Shown here: positions 9,693-19,068 of the stretch, one piece after another
How the letters are laid out: the number at the start of each line of letters is the position of its first letter
Position numbering within the stretch: position 1 is the first letter of the stretch
Source of the DNA: a bacterium
GTDB lineage: Bacteria > Synergistota > GBS-1
Direction: 5' to 3'
Assembly (NCBI GenBank): GCA_030153785.1
Contig: JASKLF010000005.1
Span: 32,001-96,000 of the forward strand
DNA length: 64,000 nt
Notes under the pieces: model-generated
What the model saw: only the letters and a program-made list of their open reading frames with translations
The model's database searches: none
Told to the model about the DNA's origin: nothing
Translations under genes and position numbers: made by a program

Positions 9693-10841
9693 TTAAGGAT
9701 TCTGGATAGTCTCGCTTAGTAATCCGAATCTGAATTTTAATACCCTTTCTAAGAAGCCTTCCACCTGTCTGGGGTCCCTTTTAAAGTAGAAGAGGTGGCT
9801 TTCGCAGGCACAATCGCTTGAACCGAAACCGGCGATTATCCCATCTGCTATAGCTTTGAGCTCCTTCGCTATTTTGCATTCCATCCTCTCGGGGTTTCTT
9901 ATAGGTATAACTTTTACTATTTTCATCCCCTTTTTGATTTTATCGATGTGCCAGAAAGGTTTTCCTTTATCGCTTAAGTGTCTTTTTATCCTCGATGATA
10001 GGCCCTTTAGTCCCGATCCCACATATACATAAAACCCTCTTTCAAAGAGAGCGCTTTTAGGCTTGCTCCCCTCGGAAAAGGGTAGCGCTTTTGGACTTTC
10101 GTTTAGTAATAACAGTAGATAAGCCCCCTTATCTTGTAAAAGGGGTTCCATCCTTTCCCATGGGATATGTGCCCGTGATATCGATTCTTCGATTAAATTT
10201 AAGTCTTCATCCCACTTTAAACTTATAGCTTCTATTAACAACCTTTCTCTTGCCTTGTAAAGCTCGCTTGCGAATTCTGGGTCGGTGTGAAAGTTTGGTA
10301 TAAAGTACTTGACCGGTTTTTGGATAATAAATAGGATTCCTCCTTTTAAGTCTTCTGGGAGATTTGAAAGAAGCCTTAGGTGTTTTACCCCTCGCTTTGT
10401 GGGGGCATCGGGAAAGGAAGCTACATCTTCCCAAAAGAGCGTGCAACCCTTAACTTCAAGAAGAAGCTTTTGAGGTCCCTTTCCTAATAAAAAATCAAAC
10501 CTTGCATTTTCGTATCTTACCTCTCTTCGGGTTATCTGGTAGCCCTTTAAGGAAGGGATTCTCTCTATTATCGACGGTAAAATTTCGTTAACCTTTATAG
10601 AGTCTATCATTATAAAATTTCCGCTTGCATCGATCACTCCAACCGCTTTGTAGGGAAGCTTTCCTTTCTGGCTTTCGGTAACTAAAACGGTTCTTCCGGG
10701 AATTAAAAGTTCCTCCAAGCTTCCAGAGTTTGGAAGGTAGGATTTTAGGACTTTTCCATGGCGGTTTAAAACCTTAATTGTGAAGCGATTGACCCTTTCA
10801 AGAAAAGTTGCCTTTTCCGTAATGGGGAAGAACTTCGCCAT
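9693..10841 (-). CDS. sfsA: SfsA nuclease fused to a C-terminal GIY-YIG/DUF123 domain
   Basis: FLERVNRF, LPNSGSLEELL, RFDF, LEVKGCTL, FPDAPTKRGVKHL; C-terminal YVYVGS..RIKRH..WHID..GFGSSDCAC.SHL. Confidence 0.85.
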   Translation of the reverse strand: MAKFFPITEKATFLERVNRFTIKVLNRHGKVLKSYLPNSGSLEELLIPGRTVLVTESQKGKLPYKAVGVIDASGNFIMIDSIKVNEILPSIIERIPSLKGYQITRREVRYENARFDFLLGKGPQKLLLEVKGCTLFWEDVASFPDAPTKRGVKHLRLLSNLPEDLKGGILFIIQKPVKYFIPNFHTDPEFASELYKARERLLIEAISLKWDEDLNLIEESISRAHIPWERMEPLLQDKGAYLLLLLNESPKALPFSEGSKPKSALFERGFYVYVGSGLKGLSSRIKRHLSDKGKPFWHIDKIKKGMKIVKVIPIRNPERMECKIAKELKAIADGIIAGFGSSDCACESHLFYFKRDPRQVEGFLERVLKFRFGLLSETIQNP

Positions 10842-10935
10842 AAGAATATGATATCAAAATCTTGACCCTCTAAATTAACTTATGCTATTATCTTTTTCAG
10901 ATTTTTAAAAATCTAATGAAGGGGGGATATGGATT

Positions 10936-12573
10936 TTGAAAGTTAGAAATTCTGTGGTATTTATTTTAGCTGGCCTTATTTTAGAGGGTGTGGCAGTCTT
11001 TTATTGTTTGAGAGGTTTTTATTTATCTCGTTTTAGCGTTCCACTGGCTTTGGCGATCTTAGGCTTTGGTGCGGGGCTGTTTGGCCTGTTTTTGGTTTTT
11101 AAGGATTTTAAGTCTTTCACCCAGCTTGAATCGTTAGTTAAACTCCTGGAGAAGGGGGATATCGTTGGAGTTGATCAGGCCATTTTAAGGCGGAAGGGGG
11201 AGTTTTCTAAGAGCGTTGAAAATTCTATCTTGCCGGTCCTTGATACCTTTTTCAGATTGATAGGCAACGTTCAGAGAAGCTCCGAGGAGTTAAGCTACCT
11301 CGTCGATATCTTGGAGAGGGATACCGAAACCAATAGAAAGGGTTTGAAGGAAACATCTAACGCTATGAATGAGGTCTCCACCGCCGCTGACGAAGAGGCC
11401 GATGTGGCCCAGAAAGTGGCTAACGGTATAGAGACCTTGCTTTCCCTGGCACGGGAGATCTCAGAAACAGCTTCAAATCTCAGAAAGCTCTCTGATAATG
11501 CCGAAGTGCTTTCCCATGATGTGAGTAACAAGATGGGGTCGCTCCTTGGCGATATAAGGCAGGTTACAATTTCAAATGAGGAAACTGCTAAAAAGGTTAT
11601 AAAGCTTGCTGAACAGATGGAGCAGATTAACAGATTTGTCGATACATTGGCTGAGATAGCGGAGCAGACTAACCTTTTAGCCCTGAATGCTGCCATAGAG
11701 GCTGCTCGCGCTGGTGAAAGCGGAAGAGGCTTTGCTGTTGTGGCCGAGGAGGTTAGAAAGCTTGCCATGAGGTCAAGGAGCTCTGCTTTAGAAATTGCGG
11801 CGTTGGCTGGCGAGATGATGGAGAGCGCTAAAGCGGTGGCTACTGAGGTGACGAGCGGAACAGAGCTTGTTAATAATAACTTAAGGAAGGGAGAGGATGT
11901 AGTCTCATCGCTGAATGATTTTTCGCGTGCCTTTGGGGAGGTCTCCTCTGGCTTAGACTTAATAGATGAAAGGGTGAAGGCACAGGTTCAGAAGCTCTCG
12001 GAAATAGCCCAGGAGGCAGAAAGGTTGGCTTCTCTTTCTCAGGAAACGGCGGCAAGCGTTCAAGAGATTACGGCATCCTTGACTGAACAGAGCAATGCTT
12101 TGGAGCATATAGAAGGCTGTGTCAAGAAGCTTGTCGAGGTAGCCGGTCGCCTTAAAAGTGTGGCTAATCAATACACCAAGGAGACGTGGAGTAAAGAAGA
12201 TAAGGAGCGTATGGCGCGGGAAAGCTTGAAGGTTTTGATGGAATTAGCGGAGAGGCCGGAGTTTAAGAGCCTCGATATAAACAGATTGGCGCCCATTTTT
12301 GACAAAGCCTTTAAAGGCCATCCTTACATCAAGACTCCTCTCTTGGTTGGCTTAAATGGGAAGATAATTCATGCTGATGCCAGACTCGATAAAAATGTGG
12401 ACTGGTCTTTCAGACCTTGGTTTCAGGGGGCTTTAAGGGGAGAGCCGTTTGTTGGAGAACCTTATGTTACTTTGGGAACTAATAGGCCGGCTTTCACGGT
12501 ATCTTGTCCTGTTAAAAACGAACGAGGGGAGGTGATAGCTGTATTGGCGGCTAACGTGGATGACAGAGGATAG
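10936..12573 (+). CDS. methyl-accepting chemotaxis protein with C-terminal Cache-like domain
   Basis: Two N-terminal TMs, [38 protein letters not shown]-terminal [23 protein letters not shown]. Confidence 0.9.
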   Translation: MKVRNSVVFILAGLILEGVAVFYCLRGFYLSRFSVPLALAILGFGAGLFGLFLVFKDFKSFTQLESLVKLLEKGDIVGVDQAILRRKGEFSKSVENSILPVLDTFFRLIGNVQRSSEELSYLVDILERDTETNRKGLKETSNAMNEVSTAADEEADVAQKVANGIETLLSLAREISETASNLRKLSDNAEVLSHDVSNKMGSLLGDIRQVTISNEETAKKVIKLAEQMEQINRFVDTLAEIAEQTNLLALNAAIEAARAGESGRGFAVVAEEVRKLAMRSRSSALEIAALAGEMMESAKAVATEVTSGTELVNNNLRKGEDVVSSLNDFSRAFGEVSSGLDLIDERVKAQVQKLSEIAQEAERLASLSQETAASVQEITASLTEQSNALEHIEGCVKKLVEVAGRLKSVANQYTKETWSKEDKERMARESLKVLMELAERPEFKSLDINRLAPIFDKAFKGHPYIKTPLLVGLNGKIIHADARLDKNVDWSFRPWFQGALRGEPFVGEPYVTLGTNRPAFTVSCPVKNERGEVIAVLAANVDDRG

Positions 12574-12669
12574 GAGAATAAAAGAGGGTGATTGAATCGG
12601 GAGGAGTGGGGTGCTTTCATAAGAACCTTAACGCTGTTTTATTTATAGTTCGAGAGGGAGGTGTGTAAG

Positions 12670-14197
12670 GTGGCACCTGAAAGGGAAGGCTTATTAACAC
12701 GGTTTGTCAACTGGATAGAAAGGGTGGGGAATAAGCTTCCCCATATGTTTTGGATATTTCTCTTTCTGTGGATCTTAGTTATATTACTTTCGGGCGTGTT
12801 TGAGGGAGCATCTGCTATAGATCCTGCGAAGGGTAAAGAGATAAAGGTAATAAGCCTCTTGGATAGAAAGGGACTTGCTTGGATTTTATCCAATGTTGTT
12901 CGTAACTTTGCAAAATTTCCACCTTTAGGTTTGGTTTTGGTTATGATGATGGCAGCGGGTTTTGCTGAAAAGGTCGGTTTTATTCCCGCTTTAATGAAGA
13001 CGCTGACTAAGGTATCGGACAAGTATCTAATTCCCGCTATTTTTGTTTTTGGCATATGTGGTAACTTGGCCTCTGACGCTTCTTTGGTAATCATCCCCCC
13101 CCTTAACGGCAGCTCTGTTTTACGCGAGAAAGCAAGACCCCATCTTTGGTCTAGTATTGGGTTATGTGGCTGCCGCTTCTGGCTTCACCGCTAACCTTTT
13201 TATTGCGGGAACCGATGTTTTGCTTGCAGGCATTACCGATACCGCTGCTAAGATAGTAAACGCCAAATATAATGTGTATCCCACAGCAAATTATTATTTC
13301 ATGGTCGCTTCAACCTTCGTGCTTACCGTAGTAGGAACGATATTTACAGTGAAGTATGCCATGCCAAGGTTTGCAAGGTGGGAAGAGGAATACGAGCATG
13401 CACAGGTTCCTCCCGAGTATTTGAGTGAACTTAGCGGGATGGAGATAAGCGCGCTCAGAAAGGCGCTTTTCGCTGGAGGATTGTATATCTTCTTCATCCT
13501 CCTTCTGACTTTCACGCCAAATGGCCCTTTGAGGGATCCTGTTAAGAACACGATCGTGCCATCTACTTTTCTTAGAGGCATGGTTCCCATTCTCTTCATG
13601 TTCTTCGTAATAGGGGGATACGTCTTCGGTAAAAGCGTGGGTAAGGTTAAGAGAGCAACGGATATGATTAATTATATGGTGGAGAGCATGAAGACCATGG
13701 CCTCCTATATTGTCATAATACTTCCCATAGCTAACTTCATCTACACGTTTACTCACACCAACATGGCTTCGGTGCTTGCCATAAAGCTCGCGAATTTTCT
13801 TAAGAGCACGGGATTTACCGGTATAGGCCTTTTCATTTCTATAATACTAATTTCGACCTTTATAAACCTTTTCATTACAAGCGGTTCTACCAAGTGGGCC
13901 TTTTTAGCGCCCGTTATAGTTCCCATGATGTACTATTTGGGTTACTCTCCTGAATGGACTCAGCTGCTTTACAGGGTGGGAGACTCAAGCACTAACTCCT
14001 TTACTCCTCTTATGACTTACTTTCCCATAGTTATAGGTTACGCCTCAATTTACAAGAAGGATGTGGGGATAGGCACGATAATTTCAAGGACTTTTCTTTA
14101 TTCGCTGGTATTCTTGGTGACCTGGATAGTTATGATAGTCGTTTGGTATTTGTTAGGCCTTCCGGTGGGACCCGGTGCTGGAATAAGGCTTAGTTAG
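12670..14197 (+). pseudogene. abgT: AbgT-family (p-aminobenzoyl-glutamate) transporter split by a +1 frameshift in a C8 run
   Basis: IERVGNKLPH, NFAKFPPLG in ORF 12661..13194; GFTAN, SGSTKW, YRVGDSSTN in ORF 13157..14197. Removing one C from 13095-13102 gives continuous IIPPLTAALFYARKQDPIFGLVLGYVAAASG. Probable start GTG 12670. Confidence 0.8.
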
Positions 14198-14214
14198 GGG
14201 GGAGGTTTTCTAAA

Positions 14215-15387
14215 ATGGAGATGGAGAAAAGGGTTATCGAGCGTGCCAAAGATTTGGAATCTTATATCATCGAAAAAAGAAGGGATTTTCATCAAAACCC
14301 GGAGCTCAGATTTGAGGAAGTTAGGACTTCTCAGATTGTGGAGGAGGAATTGAAGAACCTTGGGTATGAGGTGAAAAGAACTGCTGGGACTGGAGTTGTG
14401 GCTCTTCTTGACGGTGGGAAAGGGGGTAAAACCGTCGCATTGAGGGCGGATATGGATGCCCTTCCCGTGGAGGAGGAAAACGACGTTCCCTATAAATCCA
14501 AGGTTCCTGGTAAGATGCATGCTTGTGGACACGATGCTCACACCGCGATGCTTCTTGGAGCTGCCAAGATATTGTCGGAAATAAGGGAAGAGCTTAAAGG
14601 TAAGGTTAAGCTTATCTTTCAGCCGGCTGAAGAGGGTGGCGCGGGAGCAAAGAAGGTTGTCGAAGAGGGACATGTAGATGATATAGATGCGATTTTTGGA
14701 ATTCATGTATGGGCTCATATTCCATCAGGCGTTATTGCTACAAGGAGAGGACCTTTCATGGCTTCCTCCGATGGCTATGTAATAAAGATTCGGGGAAAAG
14801 GAGGGCACGCTGCATCTCCCCACCTTGCCATAGATCCTACTAATCCTGCCACCGATATTTACAATGCTCTGCAAAAGATAGTTTCAAGATATGTAAACCC
14901 TCTTTATCCGGTTGTTATAAGTACTCCCGTTCTTAAGGGTAGTCAGGGATATAACGTTATACCTGATGAAGCTGAGATAACGGGGACGCTCAGAACCTTC
15001 GATATGGAAGTGCGGGAAAGGATAATAAAGAAAATCCAAGATATAGTAAAAGGCTATTCGATGGCATGGGATTGTGAAGGCAGTTTTGAGCTATTCAGGG
15101 TTTCTTATCCACCGACGGTTAACACCCCTGAGCTTGCGGACTTTGCCATTGAAGTTGCAAAGGATTTAGGTCCTGTAACCGAGGCTGAAATGACGATGGG
15201 AGCGGAAGACTTTGCCTTCTATCTTCAAAAGGTTAAGGATGCTTTCATTTTCTTAGGGGTAAGAAACGAGGAAAAGGGAATCATCTATCCTCATCACCAT
15301 CCGAGGTTTAACGTGGATGAAGAGGTTCTGTGGAAAGGAACGGCACTCTATGCGCTTTTAGCTTACAGATACCTAAGGGACAGATAG
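14215..15387 (+). CDS. M20D-family amidohydrolase/carboxypeptidase
   Basis: LRADMDALP, MHACGHDAH, FQPAEEG, GGHAA.PH, MGAEDF, HHHPRF. Confidence 0.9.
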   Translation: MEMEKRVIERAKDLESYIIEKRRDFHQNPELRFEEVRTSQIVEEELKNLGYEVKRTAGTGVVALLDGGKGGKTVALRADMDALPVEEENDVPYKSKVPGKMHACGHDAHTAMLLGAAKILSEIREELKGKVKLIFQPAEEGGAGAKKVVEEGHVDDIDAIFGIHVWAHIPSGVIATRRGPFMASSDGYVIKIRGKGGHAASPHLAIDPTNPATDIYNALQKIVSRYVNPLYPVVISTPVLKGSQGYNVIPDEAEITGTLRTFDMEVRERIIKKIQDIVKGYSMAWDCEGSFELFRVSYPPTVNTPELADFAIEVAKDLGPVTEAEMTMGAEDFAFYLQKVKDAFIFLGVRNEEKGIIYPHHHPRFNVDEEVLWKGTALYALLAYRYLRDR

Positions 15388-15401
15388 CTTTAGCCTTTAT
15401 G

Positions 15402-15435
15402 GCCGGTGCCACGAAAGGCACCGGCTTTCTTTTTT
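15402..15435 (+). terminator. intrinsic terminator
   Basis: GCCGGTGCC-acgaaa-GGCACCGGC followed by TTTCTTTTTT. Confidence 0.8.
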
Positions 15436-15442
15436 ACACATA

Positions 15443-15472
15443 TTGACAAATTGCACATATGTTGATTATAAT
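15443..15472 (+). promoter_or_regulatory. sigma70 promoter of the NifB/NifX-PadR operon
   Basis: TTGACA-18 nt-TATAAT. Confidence 0.65.
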
Positions 15473-15508
15473 AATAAATGAGAAATTTGAATAAGGAGAT
15501 GATGCGCT

Positions 15509-15898
15509 ATGGGAAAAAGAATAGTGGTCCCCGTTTTGGAAGATAAAGGGTTGGATTCGAAGCTATCAGCTCATTTTGGCAGGTCTCCTTATTTCGCCGT
15601 AGTTGATATTGATGAGAGCGGAGAGGTTATCGATGTGAAGGTAGAGCCTAATAGGGGTGAGCATTTTGGTGGTGGAAGAAAGGCAAGGGATATCGTTTTG
15701 GCTTATAAACCGGATTCCGTCATCGTTTTAAACATTGGTCCTGGTGCCATAGCGGGTTTAAGGGAAGCGGGAGTGAAGGTTTTTAGGGCGAAAGCTTCCT
15801 CTTTGAGGGAAACGGTTCTCTCTTATTGGAGAGGGGAGCTTGAGGAGCTTGATGAGGCCTGTGAGAATCCTCGACACGAGGGGATGCACAAGCTATGA
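15509..15898 (+). CDS. NifB/NifX-family Mo-Fe cluster-binding protein
   Basis: RIVVPV, SAHFGRSPYFAVVD, IGPGA..LREAGVKV. Confidence 0.85.
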   Translation: MGKRIVVPVLEDKGLDSKLSAHFGRSPYFAVVDIDESGEVIDVKVEPNRGEHFGGGRKARDIVLAYKPDSVIVLNIGPGAIAGLREAGVKVFRAKASSLRETVLSYWRGELEELDEACENPRHEGMHKL

Positions 15899-16260
15899 GA
15901 TGGAGATTTTGTGGTTGCAGGCCTGAAAGGCCTTTCATGGGAGGAGACCTTTTAATTCCCGCCATATTAGCAATTTTGTCGAAAAAGCCGGCTCATGGAT
16001 ATTCCCTTATAGAGGAGCTTTCGGGTTTGGGGATAGAGCCTTCGCTATTTCACCATAGCTCTATATACAGAGCCTTAAGGGCTTTGGAGGTTGAGGGACT
16101 CCTCATTTCCGATTGGGATGTGGGAGAAGGTGGTCCCCCAAAGAGGGTTTACAGAATCACGGAAAGAGGAAAGGCCTTTTTAAAGAGATGGGCTTCCTCT
16201 GCAAGGGAGAATTTAAAGGTAATAGAGCGAGTTATAAAACTCATAGAGGGAGGTGAGTAG
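15895..16260 (+). CDS. PadR-family transcriptional regulator
   Basis: ILAIL..PAHGYSL, IYRALRALE.EGL..SDW, GPPKRVYRITERG. Confidence 0.9.
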   Translation: MRWRFCGCRPERPFMGGDLLIPAILAILSKKPAHGYSLIEELSGLGIEPSLFHHSSIYRALRALEVEGLLISDWDVGEGGPPKRVYRITERGKAFLKRWASSARENLKVIERVIKLIEGGE

Positions 16261-16261
16261 A

Positions 16262-16486
16262 ATGTGGGGCTGGGGAAGAGGTTTCCGATTTAGGGGCTCC
16301 GTTCCTCCTTGGCCATACATTGGTTGGGGTAGAGGCGGTCTTCCGAGATGCTGGTATTACTGGGGACCAAGCTATACAAGGGAAGAAGAGCTGGCCCTAT
16401 TGAAAGAACAAGCTGACCTTTTAAGAGGAGAATTAGAGTTAATTGAAGAAAGAGTTAAGAAGCTGGAGCAAGGGAAAGGTGCTTAA
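16262..16486 (+). CDS. DUF5320-like small protein
   Basis: Gly/Arg/Trp-rich N-terminus (GWGRGFR) then EEELALLKEQADLL...IEERVKKLE coil; typical NifB/NifX neighbour. Start moved to ATG 16262 after SD GGAGGTG. Confidence 0.65.
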   Translation: MWGWGRGFRFRGSVPPWPYIGWGRGGLPRCWYYWGPSYTREEELALLKEQADLLRGELELIEERVKKLEQGKGA

Positions 16487-16531
16487 ATTTTAGGGGGGGC
16501 AGGATTGAAAGGCCTGCCCCCTAAAATTTTT
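16486..16531 (+). terminator. intrinsic terminator or stabilising hairpin
   Basis: AATTTTAGGGGG..GCAGG/CCTGCCCCCTAAAATT long stem followed by T-run. Confidence 0.6.
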
Positions 16532-16581
16532 ATGGGAAAATAAAGATGGTTGATTCTATCACTGTTTGGGAGGGAGAGAAT

Positions 16582-17067
16582 ATGAGCTTAAGACTTGGAG
16601 GTTTTATTTTTCTTCTGACCTTGGGATTTTACATCCTCGTCTTCTTTAGAAGTAAAGCTCTCTTTAAAAGGGCACTTTTAAGGGGAGCTAAAAATTTGAT
16701 TCGAAATTCGGTGAGGATTTTTTCTGTTTTCGTGGTTATAGGTATCTTACAGAGCTTTCTTTCAAAAGAATTGGTTGGTGGTTTTCTGATGCACTTTTCG
16801 GGTATAAAGGGAATATTAATTGGTGCGCTCATTGGAGCTCTTATGATGGGGCCTGTTATATCTGGATATCCTATATGTAAATATATTTTGGAGAATGGAG
16901 GAGCCGTGGGTCTCGTTTCCTCCTTTTTGTTTTCTTGGGTTATGGTTGGCCTTGTTGCCCTTCCCCTTGAGATAAAGACTTTGGGAGGAAGATTTGCTTT
17001 GGTAAGGAATTCCTTTGCAATCTTTTCTGCCATAGTTTTAGGTTTAATAATGGAGGCATTGCTATGA
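16582..17067 (+). CDS. small permease (DUF318/ArsP-like half transporter)
   Basis: Hydrophobic; GILIGALIG..MGP..GYP, ENGG, LPLEIKTLG.RFALVRN. Confidence 0.65.
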   Translation: MSLRLGGFIFLLTLGFYILVFFRSKALFKRALLRGAKNLIRNSVRIFSVFVVIGILQSFLSKELVGGFLMHFSGIKGILIGALIGALMMGPVISGYPICKYILENGGAVGLVSSFLFSWVMVGLVALPLEIKTLGGRFALVRNSFAIFSAIVLGLIMEALL

Positions 17068-17564
17068 GCAAATTGGCGAAAAGTTACCCCATGGAGATCT
17101 TTGTGACATGTTTAGCCCTTATCTTGATCTTCGCAAATTCAGATAGAGCTGTTTTGGGGATAAGCCATGCGGTTAACATGTATACGAACCTCTTCATCGT
17201 CATCGTCTCGATAGCCTTTCTTTCTGGCCTAATATCGGAGTTTTTGCCTCCCGAAGTTGTAAAGAGGATAATAGGAAGAGAAAGCGGATTTAAAGGAACC
17301 TTAATAGGCGCTTTATTTGGTGCTCTCATGATTGGTCCGGCCTACGTATTTTATCCTCTGTTTAAAGACCTCGTGGACAAAGGTGCGAGTATGAGGGTAA
17401 TCGCTACTACTATCGGTGCTTGGGCTGTAAGGCTTCATGCGATTCCCCTTGCTGGAGCCTTTCTCGGTTACAAATTCGTTTTGCTTTTTAATCTCCTCAT
17501 ATTCATATATTCGCTGTTTTCCGGCTTCGTGGTAGGTTTTTTCTGTGAAAGGGATGAAAGTTAA
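17064..17564 (+). CDS. small permease (DUF318/ArsP-like half transporter)
   Basis: IGRESGFKG, IGPAYVFYP..L.DKGA; paralogous to and coupled with the upstream gene. Confidence 0.65.
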   Translation: MSKLAKSYPMEIFVTCLALILIFANSDRAVLGISHAVNMYTNLFIVIVSIAFLSGLISEFLPPEVVKRIIGRESGFKGTLIGALFGALMIGPAYVFYPLFKDLVDKGASMRVIATTIGAWAVRLHAIPLAGAFLGYKFVLLFNLLIFIYSLFSGFVVGFFCERDES

Positions 17565-17591
17565 AGCCCCAAAATTTTTTTCTAAAACCCC

Positions 17592-17620
17592 TTGCAAGAT
17601 ACTTTCTCCTTTATTATAAT
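17592..17620 (+). promoter_or_regulatory. sigma70 promoter of the T-box leader and carAB
   Basis: TTGCAA-17 nt-TATAAT about 25 nt upstream of T-box stem I. Confidence 0.7.
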
Positions 17621-17645
17621 ATACCAGAATAGCTTAATAGGGCTA

Positions 17646-17918
17646 AAGGCTGTGAAGGGGTGAAGTAGGCTTCACCTCGCCGACAGAGAGGGAGCGCCAA
17701 CGGGGCTGAGAGCGCTCCTCGGAGTTGAGGCGAAGCTGAAACGGGCCCCTGAGCCGAGGCTCGAAGAAAGGCTTAATGTAGCCAAGTAGAGCCTCCGGAT
17801 GGCTCCGTTAAAGGCCGCTAAAGTGGGTAGAAGGGAAAGGTTACCTTTCTACCAAGAAGGGTGGCACCGCGAGGCTTGATAGATAAGCCCCGCCCCTTAT
17901 AGGGGGTGGGGCTTTTTT
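17646..17918 (+). ncRNA. T-box riboswitch leader, predicted Arg specifier (CGG)
   Basis: Stem I with AGTA, AGAGA and GGGGCTGAGA elements; specifier loop GAA-A-CGG-G (17738-17745); T-box AAGGGTGGCACCGCG (17857-17871) pairing with CCGCCCCTT; mutually exclusive terminator 17885-17918. Confidence 0.9.
17885..17918 (+). terminator. T-box attenuator terminator
   Basis: AAGCCCCGCCCCT-TATA-GGGGGTGGGGCTT then TTTT, directly before the carA SD. Confidence 0.85.
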
Positions 17919-17934
17919 ACGGGGAGGTGTAGGA

Positions 17935-19056
17935 ATGAAGGCTCTCTTGGTTTTAGAGGATGGGACCGCCTTTGAGGGAAGCTCTTTTACGGGTGCGGGT
18001 GAGGCTGTGGGTGAGGTTGTTTTTAATACCAGCATGACCGGGTATCAGGAGATTTTAACCGATCCATCCTATAAGGGGCAAATAGTTACCATGACCTATC
18101 CATTGATAGGAAACTACGGTGTTAACGATGAAGATGTAGAGTCTTCGCAGGTTCAAGTTGAGGGCTTGGTAGTTAGGGAGTATTGTCCTTTTCCTAGTAA
18201 TTGGCGGTCCAAGATGAGCTTAGCTGAGTATCTTAAGAGAGCGAACGTTTTAGGAATTGAGGGTATAGATACGAGAGCCTTAACGAGAAGAATCCGTCTT
18301 TATGGTGCAATGAAGGGCATAATTTCAACGATGGATTTAAATCCGAAGTCTTTGCTCGAGCGTCTTAATGCCTTTCCGGGAATGGTGGGGATGGACCTTG
18401 CTACCCCTATATCTACAAGGAAGCCATATCTCTGGAATGGCGGTAAAAGGATATTTTTAGACGGACTTAAGGGCTTTTCTTGGAGGGACGATAGTAAACC
18501 CTATAAGGTCATAGTTTATGACGGTGGGGTTAAGTTCAACATTTTAAGGGAGCTTGAAGCAAGGGGTTGCGAGCTTTTAGTTGTTCCCATTTGGACCTCC
18601 GCTGAGGAGGTCTTTTTTTTAAGTCCTACAGGGGTTTTTCTCTCAAACGGGCCGGGTGATCCCGCCGCTATTAAAGGGGTCATTCTGGAGGTTAAAAAAC
18701 TTATAGGTAAGATACCCATCTTTGGGATATGCCTTGGGCATCAGATAATCGGGCTTGCTATGGGAGGAAAAACCTATAAGCTTAAGTTCGGTCATAGGGG
18801 AGCGAATCACCCCGTTAAGAATCTTGCTAACGGGAGGATTGAGATAACATCTCAGAATCATGGTTTCTGTGTAGATATGGATTCTCTTAAAGGGTCTGGC
18901 ATGGAAGTAACTCATATAAACTTAAACGATGGAACTCTTGAAGGCATGAGACATAGGCGACTTCCGCTGTTTTCTGTTCAATATCATCCCGAGTCAAGTC
19001 CTGGTCCTCACGATTCGAAGTATCTCTTTGATGAGTTCGTAAATATGATGAGTTAA
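17935..19056 (+). CDS. carA: carbamoyl-phosphate synthase small subunit
   Basis: GEVVFNTSMTGYQEILTDPSY, LSNGPGDP, FGICLGHQ, VQYHPESSPGPHDS. Confidence 0.97.
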   Translation: MKALLVLEDGTAFEGSSFTGAGEAVGEVVFNTSMTGYQEILTDPSYKGQIVTMTYPLIGNYGVNDEDVESSQVQVEGLVVREYCPFPSNWRSKMSLAEYLKRANVLGIEGIDTRALTRRIRLYGAMKGIISTMDLNPKSLLERLNAFPGMVGMDLATPISTRKPYLWNGGKRIFLDGLKGFSWRDDSKPYKVIVYDGGVKFNILRELEARGCELLVVPIWTSAEEVFFLSPTGVFLSNGPGDPAAIKGVILEVKKLIGKIPIFGICLGHQIIGLAMGGKTYKLKFGHRGANHPVKNLANGRIEITSQNHGFCVDMDSLKGSGMEVTHINLNDGTLEGMRHRRLPLFSVQYHPESSPGPHDSKYLFDEFVNMMS

Positions 19057-19068
19057 GGGGTGAAGGAT

